Assembly: GCA_030265395.1 (NCBI GenBank)
Contig: JARFYF010000029.1
Location: 35,682,318-35,746,317 of the forward strand
Reading direction: 5' to 3'
DNA length: 64,000 nt
From: Rhina ancylostomus
Taxonomy: Eukaryota
This document shows positions 42,154 through 52,322 of the stretch, in pieces. The position numbers and the translations under genes were made by a program. Numbering within the stretch: the stretch's first letter is position 1; each line of letters starts with the position of its first letter. Under the pieces are notes generated by a model. That model made no database searches. It was given only the letters and a program-made list of their open reading frames with translations, and was not told the origin of the DNA.

Positions 42154-45100
42154 GAGAGAGAAGAGAGAGGATAGAGGAGAGAGAGAACGAACTTTGTACC
42201 CAAATCCCTCCCACTATAGATGATCTCAATAAGGAACACTAGTGCTGCCTCTGAGAAACTGTGCACTCTCACTCCTCGCCTGAAAGCCACCATGAAATAT
42301 GTTGCAGTGTATCAGCCAGCACACTCCAACCCCTTGAACGATAGTGGCTGAGCTCACCTATGCTGCTCCACAAACATCACTCCCACTCTTCACTTTGAGT
42401 GCTCAAATCTGTTTTATTGGATCCACTTAAGTTCAAATTAGGTCCAAAGTTGTGACTTCAAACCACAACAGATAACTAGCTCTGATTAGGACAGCACCCA
42501 CTTATACCAAAATAATCTCTAAAATTACTGAAAAAAGGATTACATCGCACTATGTAACTCATTGTCATAAAGCATGTAGTGCTGGATGGGAACCATTTAA
42601 TTGATTAAGTGATCATGTGATTATTGCCTGTGACAGTACTGGTTTGTCACATGGACCTGCCTACTGAAATCTCATTTTGCTACCATTTCCATAAAATCTT
42701 TTATAATTTTCTATTCCAGGTTCATCCAATTTCCTTTTGAATGACTTATGCTCTCTGATTGCATACCCTCTTTGAGTAATACATTCCAGTAGTAGTAACT
42801 ACTGAAACAATGTACCTGTCCAGCAGGATCAGTCAAACCTTTGTTATAGAAACCAATGGAATAAGAATTATTTGGATTGCTTGATATGCGGACCACCAGG
42901 ACTCCAGATTATTAGTCCATACACCGAATGTGAAAATGAGTCCTTCCTTAAAGTAGTAATCCTTACTACTTGAGAAAAGTTTCTTCCAACCTCCTCCTTG
43001 AGCTTCCAATGATTCAATGACTAACCATTGGGGATAAATTTCCTTGAGGTTTGCATTCAGCCAATGCTTTCTTTCAGTAGAGCTGGTGGAACCTCATCCA
43101 TCCAGCCAGCAAAGAAAATTTACCCACTCCAATTCTTCATTTGATTTTGCACTTTTCACATTTTATGAAAGTTTCTTGGTTTCATGTAACATTATTCTAG
43201 TTTTCAAGCTCTTCAAAAACTGATAGCAAAATACTAAGGAGGAAAGTGGTCTCAAATTGCCAGCAACAAATGTGTGCTTCAACATCCAGTTCCATTTAAA
43301 TCAATGAATCCAAATGTTTGGAGATGAGTATAATTGGCAGCCTGTATTCTTATAGTTGCTTGTGCCAAGGACCAAAAATAAAATACCCGACTTTATTCCA
43401 AGAATATTTTTTATGTTTTTTAATGTCTCATCATTTCTGAGCTGGTTAATCAGACAAAACATTGGATATGTTAAGAGCTAGATTTGTGTTTTGAAAATAA
43501 TGGCACAATTTAAAAGATCAATAAGAAAAGCATGTCATAATAATTGAGAAATCTCGGCCGAGGGCTACTATTTAATTTTTCATGCAGGTTTTAAATGCTT
43601 TTAATAATTTAAATTTGGCTGTTATCATAAGAGCCACATCATTCACCAAGCTTACTTCAAAAGTGCTTTCTAAATCCCAATCTAATAAAGAAATAGAGCA
43701 GCAAAACATGGGAACATGGTGACATACAATCCTGGTTTAGACATTTGCTGGGATACGTCACTCAGAATCCAGTGGCATCAGGACTAGGGCTGCAGAGGCG
43801 ACGAGAAGACTTACAACCAAATTTTCAAGCAACTAAACATGGCAAAAAAATGAGCTTCTGATCACATTTTGAAATAAAGAAAAATATAATTACAGAATGT
43901 ACAATTTCCTCCAAGAATTATGTTCTAAGTGCCATTTGCTTTGCATACTGATTTTGTAAATAGTTTGGTACTTATTTTGCAGATGCACTGACTGATGTGA
44001 GTTCTGCATTCATTTTGATTATTCTTCGTTGAACAATTTGAACTTTTCTTTCAATTTCAGTTCAATGAGGAATTGTCCATTTCAAAGGAAAATGTATAAT
44101 CTGCAATAACGACATACATGTTTAATCAAAAATGGAATTCTGTGTCACAAAATTGAACAAAGTACTAATTTGCCTCCAATGGAAATGGCTACTCTTGGGA
44201 TTTAGTAACAACTCTTAGTGTGAACACAAACTGAGCACTGCAGTTATATTTTACTTTGCTTATTTGTCCCTGTAAAACAGCTTTGATTAACACTTACTTG
44301 TTACAGTCCACATATAAAATCAAGTGGGATGCACTAACAACCAAGGCAACTCGGTGCCACTGGCCATCTGCCAAAGCATACGGGAACACCTCTGTGTGAG
44401 ACTGATGGCTCCCAGATCGATAATGAAAACGCACTTCATTCCGATGGCCACTGCTCTCCACCTCCAGGTATCTAGTAAAAAAAGAATCCTGATTATAAGG
44501 AAGAACAAATATAAGAAATGGAAGCAAGATGAGGCCACATTGCTCCTCAAGCCGGCTCTGGTGATCAAATCCACTTTGCTACTCAATATCTATGTCGCCT
44601 GATTCAGTCTCCAAAAGACTATCATTATCAGCATCCACAACCCTGAGGTAGAGAATTCAAGCCTTCTTTATACAGAAATTCCTCCACATTTTAATCTGTA
44701 AAGGACTTGTCTCCAGTCCTGAGAAAATGCCTCCTAGTTCTGGGTAACACAGCATTGGGAAATAGCCTGTCAGCATCTACCCTGTCAATCTATATCAGAT
44801 TCTTCAAATCTCTAAAAATCTGTCAAACTGTGGAATTAATTTACAATGTTGAAATTAGAACTAAGCATACATGTTTTATATAACACATAAATAACTAAAA
44901 TTCCTCAACCACCTTTGCATTTATCAGTACTTCAATAACCCATGCTTTTGTAAAGAAAAATCATAGTTAACAGTACCAATTCAATAATCCTCCTTTCTTC
45001 CTCACTTTTAAACATTGGCTCAATCAAGATGGCACTGGAGCATGGCAACTCATTGCCAGCTGCTCTCTGCAGATCCACTCATTACTTCTTTTATAAAATT

Positions 45101-48100
45101 GTTCTANNNNNNNNNNNNNNNNNNNNNNNNNNNNNNNNNNNNNNNNNNNNNNNNNNNNNNNNNNNNNNNNNNNNNNNNNNNNNNNNNNNNNNNNNNNNNN
45201 NNNNNNNNNNNNNNNNNNNNNNNNNNNNNNNNNNNNNNNNNNNNNNNNNNNNNNNNNNNNNNNNNNNNNNNNNNNNNNNNNNNNNNNNNNNNNNNNNNNN
45301 NNNNNNNNNNNNNNNNNNNNNNNNNNNNNNNNNNNNNNNNNNNNNNNNNNNNNNNNNNNNNNNNNNNNNNNNNNNNNNNNNNNNNNNNNNNNNNNNNNNN
45401 NNNNNNNNNNNNNNNNNNNNNNNNNNNNNNNNNNNNNNNNNNNNNNNNNNNNNNNNNNNNNNNNNNNNNNNNNNNNNNNNNNNNNNNNNNNNNNNNNNNN
45501 NNNNNNNNNNNNNNNNNNNNNNNNNNNNNNNNNNNNNNNNNNNNNNNNNNNNNNNNNNNNNNNNNNNNNNNNNNNNNNNNNNNNNNNNNNNNNNNNNNNN
45601 NNNNNNNNNNNNNNNNNNNNNNNNNNNNNNNNNNNNNNNNNNNNNNNNNNNNNNNNNNNNNNNNNNNNNNNNNNNNNNNNNNNNNNNNNNNNNNNNNNNN
45701 NNNNNNNNNNNNNNNNNNNNNNNNNNNNNNNNNNNNNNNNNNNNNNNNNNNNNNNNNNNNNNNNNNNNNNNNNNNNNNNNNNNNNNNNNNNNNNNNNNNN
45801 NNNNNNNNNNNNNNNAAGACCCCACTCACCCAGGTCATTCTCTCTTCTCCCCTCTCCCATCAGGCAGAAGATACAGGAGCCTGGCACATACCACCAGGCT
45901 CAAGAACAGCTTCTATCCCACGGTAATGAGACTATTGAACGGTTCCCTTGTACAATGAGATGCACTCTTGACCTCACAATCTACCTTGTTATGACCTTGC
46001 ACCTTATTGTCTACCTGAAATGCACTTCCCTGTAGCTCTGACATTTTACTGTATTCTGTTATTGTTTTTACTCTGTACTACCTCAATGCACTGTGTACTG
46101 AATTGATCTGTACAAGTGTGGTATGCAAGATAAGTTTTTCACTGTACCTCGGTACAAGTGACAATAATAAACCAATACCTATACCAAAATTCTATGTTTC
46201 TAAGAATTACTAATAATGGTACACTTTATTCTGCATTCTGTTATTGTTTTATCTTGTACTACCTTGATGCACCACGCAATGAATTGATCTGTATGAACAG
46301 TATGTAAGACGAGTTTTTTACTGTACTTCGGTACATGTGACAATAATAAACCAATTCCGATTCCAATTCCATTTACCAGGTCTTTATCCTGGTTTCTCAG
46401 CAATAACAACAAAATGAAGAGTTTACAATCTTTGTTGGATCATTTTCTTTAAATGGAAGGTGTGAGTGGATTGTGAAGAGAATTTCGGAGCATTGCCCTA
46501 AACATTGAAGGTCACACTAGCTGAGATGGAGAGAAACAAGAACAAGGAGACAAATCTAGAGGATTAGAGAGTTCAGTTGGAAGGAGGTGGTTACAGAATT
46601 AGGGATGGCTTTAAGGAATTCAAAGCTTGGATCACAATTTCAAATCTGAAGTGTTCAGAAACTGAGCAGATGGAATTGATCTTGGTTATCAGTATGAAAT
46701 ATTGGCCACCAGTTGTACTCACATCCAGACAACCAGTTTTATTGAGGTGATTGGAGTGCAGAATTTAATGAGGAATAGAATACTGCCTGCAGACTTCCAG
46801 ATAAACTAAGATATATAGAAGCTGAAGGATAAGAGGCTGGCAAGGGTATTAATAGAGTGCTGGTGAAAGTTTCAGCAGCAATTAGTTTGAGGTAAAACTT
46901 GATCTGATGATACAAACCAATCTCTGACAATATCGTTATGTTGACAGAGAAACATCACACAATTGGTCTTATATTGGTTTTAGTTTGAAATTTTACCAAC
47001 TTAAAATGTCACCTGGTGAATCACTGGAGATTTTTCCTGGTAATTTAAAGGTCATCATAAGAACAATACATTGTGTCAGGAAGGACATGGCAATCTGGCC
47101 TCAGGCTCCTCCATGCCATGATCTTAATGTGNNNNNNNNNNTCAATACAAACCAAACTAATCCTTAGAAATGATTTAATGGATCCAGTGAACAGATTAAG
47201 ACTGTAGGGTTAATCTGTTTAAAACCACAGTTCCCCCACAGACATACTTAAAATTTTCAAAGTATCATATTAATTTCTGACTCCTACTAAAAATGATAGT
47301 TGAAGAATACAGTCATAAAAATTTCCTTAACAATTGCAATTATTCCCAATAACCAACCTCAGTGTATAGGGAGAGTGTGAGAAATAAAGCTTTTATGCAG
47401 AGAGAGGTTATGGCAGAAATTAATGTCAACATTTAAGCTGCAGAGAAATCGGAGGGGTGAATAAAACAAAGTGAATGAGTGAGACAGAGTGGAGACCAAG
47501 AGATATGTAAGAATGATAGAAAGAGAAACAATCAGGGCTTTCAAGTTAAGGGTAAATAATTTGAGGAGCTAGTTAGGGATTAGGATTGATTGGATTGATC
47601 TATGGAGTTGATGGATCAAATGATCTCTTTCTATACCATGACAATTCTAAGGTAAAACTCTTGGAATGATACAATTATGAAATCTTCAGTGTGAAACACC
47701 AAGAAGACAGAGTAGATCAAGAAGACTGTAGACCAAATTATCTACAAGAAAAGCCTTTCATCCGCAGGCCATTTGTTTTAAATAAAATTGGGGTCCTTGT
47801 GTCAATGCTGAATTCAACAATATCAGATAACTAGCCATTCCAACATGTCAGAACTAGCCAGTTCTGATGTAAAGTCATTAACTTGTAATATGAACTCAGC
47901 TCTCCTCACTCCATAGGTACTGCCTGAGTACTCCCAGCACTCTCTTTTATACCAGATTTCCAGCAACTGCTGTGCTCCAGCATTGTATTTTTTTCTCTCT
48001 TCTCTGTTCTCATTATCTCCCTCTATTTACATCTCCTGCAGATGCAATTAACAAGTCTTCTGGCAGCACCAACATCATCTGTGTCATTCATGCTCTCAAG

Positions 48101-50727
48101 GGCTCCACTCTATCACAGACAAACCCTTAGTTCTCTTCATCTTCCCCTTCTCTGGAACTCAAAATGTTTTCTAATTTTTTTCTAGTGCTCATAGTCAACC
48201 TGATAGGTTAACTCTGTTTCTCTCTCCACAGACACTGAATAATCTCCTGAGTTTATCCAGTGTTTACTGATTTCATTTCCAATTGCCTGCAGATGTTTAT
48301 ATTTCAACCCCAGAGTGATTAAGAGGCAGTCACAACACCAGATAAGTAACACTCTATCTAATCATTTATTATGGAAATCATTCTGAGATTATTGCATGTG
48401 CATTTTATACCCAAATTGTGTTTAATTTCAAATTGGACATAATTCTCCTGTTAGTGAAAAATGGGAGGATGCCTGTATCTTTTCCATTATTGGTGGCCCA
48501 CTAATGAAATGTAGAAATGCATGAGTTTAAGTTTGTGTTTTCTGTGGAAATTTTAAATAGCTAACTATAGAGAATAAGATGTCTGTGCCCCATTCCCGTG
48601 GATAGGAATTTCTGCCTCCCAGCAACTACCTCTGGATGTCCATGATTCTCTGTAAAATCAATTCAGTTTATCCATTATCCACTTTGTAATCACTCTTGAA
48701 CTTCCATTATACTCAAAGCAATCACTCTTGGATTTCCATTATTTTATATGAAATAATCTCTTCAAGGTATCCATTTTTCTGTTTGCAATCAATTCCAGTC
48801 ATTCATTACTGTAATGTAAGTGAGCCAAGACATCCATTATTTCCAATGAAATCGATTCCAGGTAGCTATTATTTTATATGTAATGACTTTTCGATATCCA
48901 TTATTTCCCATACAATCACTCATAGGTTGCCAATATTGCCCACTCAGTCAATTCCAGGATTTGACTGCTCCCTACATAAACAGTCCCAGGTTTGCTTTAT
49001 TATTTAAACTCATTCCTTTTTAAAGATTGTACTACTTTATATCAGAAACTATTTAATGAGGAATTTCTTTAATTGCATGCCCTCCACTTTGTATCTTGAT
49101 TCCTGCCAAATACAAAAAATAAAATATGTAGAGATAGATTTCCTTTATAAATATTCATAAACTTTAGTGATATTAGAAAAATGTAATAATTTTGAAACTA
49201 AACTTTAACCAAAATGGCGTGAACCCCAAAGGATTTGAATAATGGAATTATACCTTTGGACCATTAGTAGATATATGAAGTAAAGCAAGGGTATGGCTGT
49301 GGAAATTGAACTGATAGTGAAGAAAGGCTTTGAGATTAAACCAAATCCTATAAAATAGAGATATTCGAAATAACTTCACAGTACAGTAATAAACTGTTCA
49401 ATGGTATTTGCATAATAATGGATCAGAAAGCATGTGTCATAGTGTTCACAAAGCAGGTGCCTTATTTAGTTGGAAAAGTATAATTCACTTGTGAGAAGGA
49501 AAGTTGAATATGTTGGGTAGAGTGTCTCATTATTTGAATGGATAACCTAAGGAATGTTACAAGTTCATATAATCTAAATGAATAAATCATTGAATGATTA
49601 ATTTATGCTTATAATTTATCATTGGTTTCTATAGTGTTCACTGTTCAGTGTTGTTTTAGTCTTTGAATAATCTGTACCAGATCACATAAATGAACAGATC
49701 TTAACTGATTGTGAGATTTGGTTTCATTCATAACTGAAAATGGACATATTCTTTGTTAACTCCTCATTTGAAACTACAGCATTTTTTATATTTAGAATAA
49801 CTAACTATCGGCTAATTATATTGATACCTGAAATTATCAACTGGAAGAAATATCTATCGAATAATAAATTTTGTTGAGAAATTACTAAGAATTCTGATTA
49901 TTCTTCTACATTGTACATGGAGTCCTAAATATGCAGCATTAGTTTATTCTGCCCCCATTAATGTGATATGGATTAATAATGACACAGTTAAGTTTGGGGG
50001 GGGCGGGAATAGATGAAGGATGTCAGATTATTTGTATGAGGAAAAAATATATCTTAACTCTTCTCATTNNNNNNNNNNATATTTTCATCTTTTTGATTGA
50101 TATCCAGTGATCCATGGATAGAAAGTACAAACATGGATGTCAGGTGATTGAAAAGCCTGCCAGTGTCCTGGCTGACACATGAAGGACGGCCAATTCGGTC
50201 TGACACTGGAGGGCTGACAACCTTCTGAATCATGCACTTCTGAGACACACCAGCTTCGGTAGGGAAAGGGAGCTGAAGAACACAGAATTGGGCTTCAGGG
50301 CTTTGAGGCTCTGAATATTTTTATTCTGAATCCCAATCCCATACACTGAGGTAATCTCATTCTCCTTAAAACACTAAAGTCAACAATCATCACATTGTTC
50401 TATCTCTGCTTCGAAGTCCCCTTTTCTCCTTAAGGAAATATAGTTCTATTTTTGGAATTATACCATTCTCTTTGAAAAATAAATGATAGCTTTGGATGAA
50501 TTTTGACCATAGTCTTACTGAACCGATGATACGCAGGCAGAATAAAATATCTTCTGATGAAATATGTGTCACTGACCTCTTATCTGAATGATGAATTGAC
50601 AGAAAGACTCCTGAATTGTAGTGGACCTGCTTCAGTGTAATCAGAACAGTGAACTCCCATGTGTGTCTCAGCTTCTGAGAAATCTGTTGGACTGCAATTG
50701 GGGATGCTTTCAGAATTCTTGCAGTAT
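2568..50727 (-). CDS. NELL2: NELL2-like (protein kinase C-binding protein NELL family) gene, partial: 11 internal exons equivalent to human exons ~3-13
   Basis: Exons of 151,174,97,73,83,129,103,92,103,129,126 nt join into an open 420-codon frame: TSP-N/LamG - coiled coil - VWC1 - VWC2 - EGF1 - Ca-EGF2. [28 protein letters not shown] matches NELL2 as recalled. Orthologue versus paralogue is not certain. Confidence 0.9.
2790..2985. mobile_element. Fold-back Penelope-type non-autonomous element
   Basis: Inverted arms ~2811-2869 and ~2923-2982; CTGATGAAGGGTC at 2889 in the loop. Confidence 0.7.
4097..4395 (-). mobile_element. CR1/HER1-like LINE 3' fragment
   Basis: Minus frame [23 protein letters not shown] (CR1 ORF2 C-terminus) plus (TCTATGA)-type tail. 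Confidence 0.85.
5694..5925 (+). mobile_element. Rex1/Babar-like LINE 3' UTR
   Basis: Same sequence follows the [12 protein letters not shown]...RLKNSF ORF end at 45816 and 51962; ends GTACATGTGACAATAATAAAC. Confidence 0.75.
6031..6326 (-). mobile_element. tRNA-derived V-SINE with Rex1-like tail
   Basis: Minus strand: A-box-like TAGTGTAGCGG, B box GGTTCAATTCC, V-domain-like GGAGTTTGTATGTTCTCCC...GGTTTCCTCCCACA, (TATCT) tail. Confidence 0.8.
8370..9020 (+). mobile_element. Ancient degenerate CR1/L2-superfamily LINE fragment
   Basis: [17 protein letters not shown]...LTKLF...[13 protein letters not shown] (RT N-terminal motifs), internally deleted. Confidence 0.75.
9100..10200. mobile_element. 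Degenerate CR1 fragments (minus ~9100-9480, plus ~9660-10200)
   Basis: GACCAAAACTGTGCATAATATTC motif on minus; decayed TTTCCAGATGACACCA (FADDT-like) and PQGSV-like sequence on plus. Confidence 0.6.
10222..10440. mobile_element. Fold-back Penelope-type element with minus-strand degenerate hammerhead (10274-10310)
   Basis: Reverse complement reads CAGTC-CAGGTGA-AGGGTCTTGACCC-GAAA-TGTC-AACT; inverted flanking arms. Confidence 0.7.
17545..18015 (-). mobile_element. CR1/HER1-like LINE 3' fragment
   Basis: Same 3' end as 4097 and 38632 copies (TTCACACAGAGGATGGTG, GCCTGTTTCTGTGCT on minus). Confidence 0.85.
18997..19125 (-). CDS. NELL2: NELL2-like exon (~exon 12), EGF-like domain 1
   Basis: tag|GC TAT GAC ... 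GAA G|gttagt; 129 nt; [43 protein letters not shown] (6 Cys). Confidence 0.96.
19825..20085 (+). mobile_element. CR1-like LINE 3' end
   Basis: TTTACACAGAGAGTGGTGGATGCCTGGAATGTGCTGCCAGG...CCTGTTCTTGTGCTGTAC; closely related to 56390-56655. Confidence 0.85.
20833..20935 (-). CDS. NELL2: NELL2-like exon (~exon 11), VWC2
   Basis: cag|GAC AAA ... AGA G|gtaaca; 103 nt; [34 protein letters not shown]. Confidence 0.94.
22170..22480 (+). mobile_element. Degenerate SINE-like element with CR1/L2-type tail
   Basis: 3' end GGGTAATTAAG...GCCTTGCCGGCAACATCCACATC resembles the LINE end on minus at ~30060-30130. Confidence 0.5.
24146..24237 (-). CDS. NELL2: NELL2-like exon (~exon 10), VWC2
   Basis: cag|CT GTA TGT ... 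TGT AAG|gtagga; 92 nt; (P)[30 protein letters not shown]; phases fit both neighbours. Confidence 0.92.
26899..27115. mobile_element. Tigger/pogo-like MITE (~217 bp)
   Basis: TIRs CAGGTCATCCCCAGGTTACAA and reverse complement GAGGTTGTTCCCAGGTTACAA (17/21 match); TA on the right flank, CA on the left. Confidence 0.7.
28760..29810 (-). mobile_element. CR1-like LINE, 5'-truncated and decayed
   Basis: Minus frames [27 protein letters not shown]...ERLEKLG and [12 protein letters not shown]. Confidence 0.9.
31037..31139 (-). CDS. NELL2: NELL2-like exon (~exon 9), VWC1
   Basis: cag|AAT GGA ... CAA C|gtgagt; 103 nt; [34 protein letters not shown]. Confidence 0.95.
31445..31775 (-). mobile_element. 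HE1-like V-SINE (degenerate)
   Basis: TCTTTGGGATGTGGGAAGAAACAGGAGCAC is the reverse complement of the V-domain seen in other copies. Confidence 0.65.
31800..32610. mobile_element. Two CR1 3' fragments in opposite orientation (minus ~31800-32030, plus ~32070-32610)
   Basis: [10 protein letters not shown] on minus; [24 protein letters not shown] and TCTATGATTCTA tail on plus. Confidence 0.85.
34090..34300. mobile_element. Fold-back Penelope-type element (older subfamily)
   Basis: TGAAATAAAAACAG...GGAAGTACTC and GAGTATTTCC...CTGTTTTTATTTCA form inverted arms. Confidence 0.65.
34607..34735 (-). CDS. NELL2: NELL2-like exon (~exon 8), coiled coil end and VWC1 start
   Basis: cag|TTA TCT ... TGC AAG|gtacct; 129 nt; [43 protein letters not shown]. 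Confidence 0.96.
35065..35485 (-). mobile_element. Rex1/Babar-like LINE 3' fragment
   Basis: Minus frame [42 protein letters not shown]. Confidence 0.85.
36227..36309 (-). CDS. NELL2: NELL2-like exon (~exon 7), CxxC plus coiled coil
   Basis: cag|CT TGT CCA ... GCA AAG|gtgaat; 83 nt; (T)[27 protein letters not shown]. Confidence 0.97.
36858..36930 (-). CDS. NELL2: NELL2-like exon (~exon 6), end of TSP-N domain
   Basis: cag|GGT GTG ... CGA A|gtacgt; 73 nt; [24 protein letters not shown]. Confidence 0.96.
38632..40605 (-). mobile_element. CR1/HER1-like LINE, ~2 kb 5'-truncated RT region
   Basis: KSPVPDK...[12 protein letters not shown]...[17 protein letters not shown] (~39512-39538), [13 protein letters not shown], (TCTATGAC) tail; contains frameshifts and a gap. 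Confidence 0.93.
41677..41773 (-). CDS. NELL2: NELL2-like exon (~exon 5)
   Basis: cag|G ATT TAT ... TTC AAG|gtaagt; 97 nt; [32 protein letters not shown]. Confidence 0.96.
42078..42190. repeat. Compound (TG)n(AG)n microsatellite
   Basis: Long TG run followed by an AG run, next to a gap. Confidence 0.95.
44298..44471 (-). CDS. NELL2: NELL2-like exon (~exon 4), TSP-N/LamG domain
   Basis: tag|A TAC CTG ... AAC AA|gtaagt; 174 nt; [58 protein letters not shown]. Confidence 0.96.
45816..46372 (+). mobile_element. Rex1/Babar-like LINE 3' end with partially duplicated 3' UTR
   Basis: [34 protein letters not shown]; the UTR end ...GTGACAATAATAAACCAAT occurs twice (~46160 and ~46340). Confidence 0.85.
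47855..48295 (+). mobile_element. Old Penelope-type repeat with two direct copies of the hammerhead/tail module (~47860 and ~48185)
   Basis: CAGTTCTGATGTAAAGTCATTAACTT... and ...AACCTGATAGGTTAACTCTGTTTCTCTCTCCACAGA, about 320 bp apart. Confidence 0.5.
48607..48992. repeat. Degenerate 32-bp tandem repeat (10-12 units)
   Basis: TCCATTAT-like unit starts at 48639,48671,48703,48735,48770,48802,48833,48865,48897,48929. Confidence 0.8.
50577..50727 (-). CDS. NELL2: NELL2-like exon (~exon 3), TSP-N/LamG domain
   Basis: tag|AT ACT GCA ... AAG AG|gtcagt; 151 nt; (D)[50 protein letters not shown]. Confidence 0.95.
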
Positions 50728-51961
50728 CTATAACATAGGAAAAACAAATGAAACAACAATAACTCACAATTATTTTCTAACAAACAGGCCAGAAATCCCT
50801 CAGGAAAACCTGCTAACTGGCCATAGCTCATTTTGCACAACTGCCTCAAACTACTTAACTGCTTCAGCCACCACATATTGGTCTTTTATTGCATTTTAGT
50901 ACATTATTTCATCTGGGCTGGCTAAAAATAATTGTCCATTGCACTTATCATCAGCTGAAATTTTATAACCCTGATAATTATTTGAGATGAGTAAGCAAGG
51001 TCTGCTACTGCCCAGATATTAACCAATGTAATCAATGGTCACTGAGGTTGTCACTTATTGTGTTACTTTGCAAAGATATTTCCAAAAACACTAACAAAAG
51101 AACTTTATTTGAAATGTTTTCTCATTCTGGTAATATTAAAAACATAATGGCATACAAATCAAAATAAAGCAAAATAGAAGTTTCTTATATGCCATTTATC
51201 CTCACTTTCAAAATAAAAAGAAAGTTGCATCTCAGTGCTTTCAGTACAAATTTGTTCTGAATTGTGGTTATTCAACTTGAATTCACTAATTCTGAATCGA
51301 TCACTTGGTAACCTTCAGAAAATGCTGTGAGGCAGGCAGATTAAATCACAGAGTAGCTCAGAGCTGTCAGCATATTCCCACGTTCTCCTTGTAATCAGCA
51401 AACATGACATGCTTATGGTTGGTTTCTCCAGACCAAAACAGTTTGCCCCAGCAGAATTTCAATCAGAGTAGTGTATGACAGATGCACAAAATGGGAGGCA
51501 GAGATTACCCAGCCATGAGGTGCAAGGAATTCTTTAAGTAAATGATCTTACTTTGATATGTTACGTTTTAAACACAGGTGGAGATTTACAACTCTACCAC
51601 ATGATCAAAAACTGTGCACAACATTGACACCTTTCCTTGTCATGTTTATGGTCATTGATAACAAAATAGTCTATTTGAGTAAGTAAACACTGTCTCTTCA
51701 TATAAATGCAGTTGACTTATTGGGGAAGCTGTCTATCTTAGCCTCTGTAAAAACAAAGATAATTACCTTAATCATTTTTTTTCTTTGGAGGAAATGTGTA
51801 TTGATACAGTTGTGGGAATAGCTAGCTGCTTAAATTGAAATGCCAGTGCTAGTTAAGAACAGCAAGGGGTTATGTTGCAATGGTATTGGCCTAGGAACTG
51901 CTGGAGAAACAAAAAGTGAAGAAGCAAATGCTAAAATTGGTGCACAAAATCTCCATTTATT

Positions 51962-52322
51962 CCTGGCCAACATAATTAAAGACCCCTCCCATGCTGGTCA
52001 TTCTCTCTTCTTCCCCTTCCCATTGGGCAGAAGATACAAAAGCTTGAGAACACATTCCATTAGGCTTAAGGAGAGCTTGAACAGACCCCATATACAATAA
52101 GGATGAACTCTTGATCTCTCAATCTACCTCATCATGGCCCTTGCATTTTATTTGTTTCCTTGCACTGCACTTTCTCTGTAACTGTAACACTATCTCTGTA
52201 TTCTGTTCTTTATTCTTTGCTATTACTTCAATGTATTTATGTATGGAATCATCTGTCTGGATGGCATGCAAACAAAAGCTTTTCACTGTATGTCAGTACA
52301 TTTGACAATAATAAACCAATTT
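51962..52322 (+). mobile_element. Rex1/Babar-like LINE 3' end
   Basis: ANIIKDPSHAGHSLFFPFPLGRRYKSLRTHSIRLK plus the same 3' UTR as 5694 and 45958. Confidence 0.85.

Noticed and set aside
48607-48992. CRISPR-like interpretation of the 32-bp array
   Set aside because: No invariant direct repeat with unique spacers, no cas genes, vertebrate intron.
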